Shown here piece after piece: positions 62,007 to 64,000 of a DNA stretch of 64,000 nucleotides (position 1 is its first letter; the number at the start of each line of letters is the position of its first letter). A program made the position numbers and the translations under genes. The notes beneath the pieces were generated by a model. The model was given only the letters and a program-made list of their open reading frames with translations, was not told the DNA's origin and did no database searches. This stretch comes from an uncultured bacterium (lineage in GTDB: Bacteria > Verrucomicrobiota > Verrucomicrobiia > Limisphaerales > UBA8199), in assembly GCA_963749495.1 (NCBI GenBank), contig CAVVMW010000006.1, positions 768,001 to 832,000 on the forward strand, given 5' to 3'.

Positions 62007-63481
62007 GGTTGGGGAGAGGGCGGGTTGGGGTCATAGGGACTCAAGTCGGCCGGGGGCAGGTCCAGTTCCAAGAGGTCCTGCCGGCGGGTCAGGTGCAAGG
62101 GCGAGGGCGCCACGGCGTGGCGCTCGCGTTGTTCCAACAGGTTGGCGATGTATTCGCAGCCGTACGCATCGAAGGTCAGGGCGTCCTGGAGGGCGCGGGC
62201 CACTTTATCGGGGCCGTAGAGTTGGCTCAACGCAACGATCTTTTGGATGTGATGGGGAGCGTTGAAGCGTTTTTCCCGGAGTTTACGGCCGTAGAGTTCG
62301 GCCTGCGGTCCCAGGCTCAGGAACGCTTGCAGGCAGGTTTGGTCGCGGGCGCGGTGACGCTGCGTCAGGAGTTCCTGGATATGGTCGGGGTTGCGGATGT
62401 CCTGGCGGCGGTCGTAGCCGCGCAGGTGGGTAGCGATCAGCTTTTCGTGGTGATAGCAGAGCACTTGGTCAGGATAGATTTTGAGGCTCAGTTGCTGGGA
62501 GGCATAGAGGTGAGGCACGGTGTAGCGATTGGTCTCAAAAACGACGCGGCAACAACTGTTGGCGCTGGTGGGCCGGACGACTCCGCAGTCATAAGGACGG
62601 AGCGGCAGGGCTTTGAGCAGGGGCTTTTCCTGAGCAAACCGTTCCAGGGGTTTGACGTGGGTCTCGCCGTGGATACGCACGTTGGCCACGGTATCCTGCC
62701 ACTGCCGGGCGGCGGGATTGACGGCCTCGAAGGAGGGGATCTGCAAACCGCTCAGGAAGTTCTTTTTGACGTAGCCCACGCCATTTTCCACGCGCCCTTT
62801 TTCGTTCGCCTTTTTGACCTGGCAGGCAACGGGGACGAAGCCATGGTGGGCGGCGAAGTCCAGGTAGCGCGGGTTGAAACGGGCCGCAGCGCCCAGCGGA
62901 TGTTCGAGCACCCCAACCTTGAGATTATCGATCATGACTTTAGCGGGGATGCCCCCGAAGAACTCGAAGGCATGGCGGTGGCAGGAGAGGAACTGTTCCA
63001 TGCCTTCGGAGAGGGTAAACTCCACATAGATGAGGCGGCTGAAGCACAGGACCATCACGAAGAAGCTCAAGCGCCGTCTGGTAGAGCCGACGGTGACGGA
63101 GCCGAAGCTGCCCCAATCAACCTGCGCGCATTCCCCCGGGGCAAACTCCAGCGTCAGGAAGGCGGGTTTGCGCATCGGGCGCACCAGGCGGACAAACTCC
63201 TTGAGGATGCTGTAACCGCCAGCGTAGCCCTGGGGTTTGAGTTCCTGGAGGATTTGCTGAGCGCTGTAAGGATGACGTTCCAGCAGGCCAACAATCCGGC
63301 CCTTGAACGCGTCGAGCTTACTGGGGCGTTTGCCGCCTCGGCGTTGGTGATAGCTGGTCTGCTCCGCCCACTTGGCAACGGTTTTGGGGTCCAGTTGAAG
63401 TTCCACCGCAACCTGGGCGGCAGTGAGATGCTTTTCATCCAAGAGCACTCGAAGCTGGCAGAAGGTGGGGTAATCGATCAT
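62003..63481 (-). CDS. istA: IS21 transposase
   Basis: AQVDW, IDNLK, EKGRVE, NRYTVP; ATG 63481. Confidence 0.95.
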   Translation of the reverse strand: MIDYPTFCQLRVLLDEKHLTAAQVAVELQLDPKTVAKWAEQTSYHQRRGGKRPSKLDAFKGRIVGLLERHPYSAQQILQELKPQGYAGGYSILKEFVRLVRPMRKPAFLTLEFAPGECAQVDWGSFGSVTVGSTRRRLSFFVMVLCFSRLIYVEFTLSEGMEQFLSCHRHAFEFFGGIPAKVMIDNLKVGVLEHPLGAAARFNPRYLDFAAHHGFVPVACQVKKANEKGRVENGVGYVKKNFLSGLQIPSFEAVNPAARQWQDTVANVRIHGETHVKPLERFAQEKPLLKALPLRPYDCGVVRPTSANSCCRVVFETNRYTVPHLYASQQLSLKIYPDQVLCYHHEKLIATHLRGYDRRQDIRNPDHIQELLTQRHRARDQTCLQAFLSLGPQAELYGRKLREKRFNAPHHIQKIVALSQLYGPDKVARALQDALTFDAYGCEYIANLLEQRERHAVAPSPLHLTRRQDLLELDLPPADLSPYDPNPPSPQP

Positions 63482-63879
63482 GGCCGACCTCCCGCCAAGG
63501 CCCGGCGCAGGATGTCGCCCACGCACTGAGCTTGCTCGCTGCGAGGTGCGTCCGGGGCCACCGGCTCGGAGGAGACCTCCGGCAGGGCCAGCACCTGGTA
63601 GAGAGGTTTTTGATAGGCGATGAGCCCGGCCCGCTCCAATTGCTGACGCGCTGAGGCCAGTTCCAACGGATCCAGCTTGAGCTGCCGCCCCAGGGCCGCC
63701 TCGGAGTAGTAACTCAGGCCTTGGGCGTCGCCGACAGTGACCAGGAACAGGTAGAGAGCCCAGGCCCGGTGGTCGCAGGTTTTCAGATGGTGGTGACGAA
63801 TCAACCGGTGGTCCACCCAGCTAAAACTGCTGGGGACCTCACGGAGCCGATTGGGTCGGAGGAGACGTTTGATGATCAT
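63478..63879 (-). CDS. winged-helix protein associated with IS21
   Basis: FSWVDHRL, LYLFLVTV.DAQGLSYYS, LIAY..PLYQVL; ATGA-coupled to istA. Confidence 0.75.
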   Translation of the reverse strand: MIIKRLLRPNRLREVPSSFSWVDHRLIRHHHLKTCDHRAWALYLFLVTVGDAQGLSYYSEAALGRQLKLDPLELASARQQLERAGLIAYQKPLYQVLALPEVSSEPVAPDAPRSEQAQCVGDILRRALAGGRP

Positions 63880-64000
63880 AATCAGAACATGGTTTTTCGT
63901 TGCGTTGCTCTGGAAGCACCCGCCCCAGAATGATGCAACCCTGTTCTATCAGGCGGCGGATCAAAGGCTGGATGTCATCTTGTAACGTACTGCCCGCAAA

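Larger units (their letters stand above)
61137..64000 (-). mobile_element. IS21-family element (other end outside window)
   Basis: TGTCAGCGGCG.. end at 61137; istA-istB plus upstream HTH gene; TSD cannot be checked. Confidence 0.8.

Overview
This is an accessory, mobile-element-rich window with no intact core operon. It is probably from a subdivision-3-type Verrucomicrobiota genome, inferred from the H-X9-DG prepilin, the BspA-LRR and glycine-rich surface proteins and an H-NS-like protein. From left to right: (1) 1-14450 is the end of an island inserted in the 5' end of comM/yifB. It carries a satellite/plasmid-like replication module (SSB-like gene, two tandem TOPRIM primase paralogues of which one looks inactive, and a primase-associated NTPase), a four-copy ori-like repeat and a GNAT + MtlR/HEPN pair. 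(2) 15.2-19.8 kb holds a PD-(D/E)XK nuclease and a second, decayed replication-like module. (3) 19.9-27.3 kb holds surface proteins and a cluster of conserved unknowns (HTH-alphaCTD-like pair, CcbP-like, pRiA4b-ORF3). (4) 28.8-39.4 kb is a FIST-GAF histidine kinase / receiver-HATPase / sigma54 activator / receiver-phosphotransferase operon. (5) 39.7-40.5 kb holds two nucleoid-associated proteins. (6) 42-61 kb is a co-oriented element backbone (sigma-like, RHH-like x2, XRE, Cas4/AddB-like nuclease, YubB, JAB, WGR-ligase, beta-clamp-like, DUF3150, DUF1257, DUF2997). It is punctuated by a family of conserved G.U-rich hairpins and interleaved with opposite-strand cargo, including a UGA/SECIS selenoprotein redoxin. 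Four IS elements (IS66 with a DUF4338 passenger, ISL3, IS1380-like, IS21) each interrupt a gene; three show clear TSDs and the interrupted genes rejoin in frame. Many single-base frameshifts suggest uncorrected long-read indels. All family calls are from motif recognition; no search was run.
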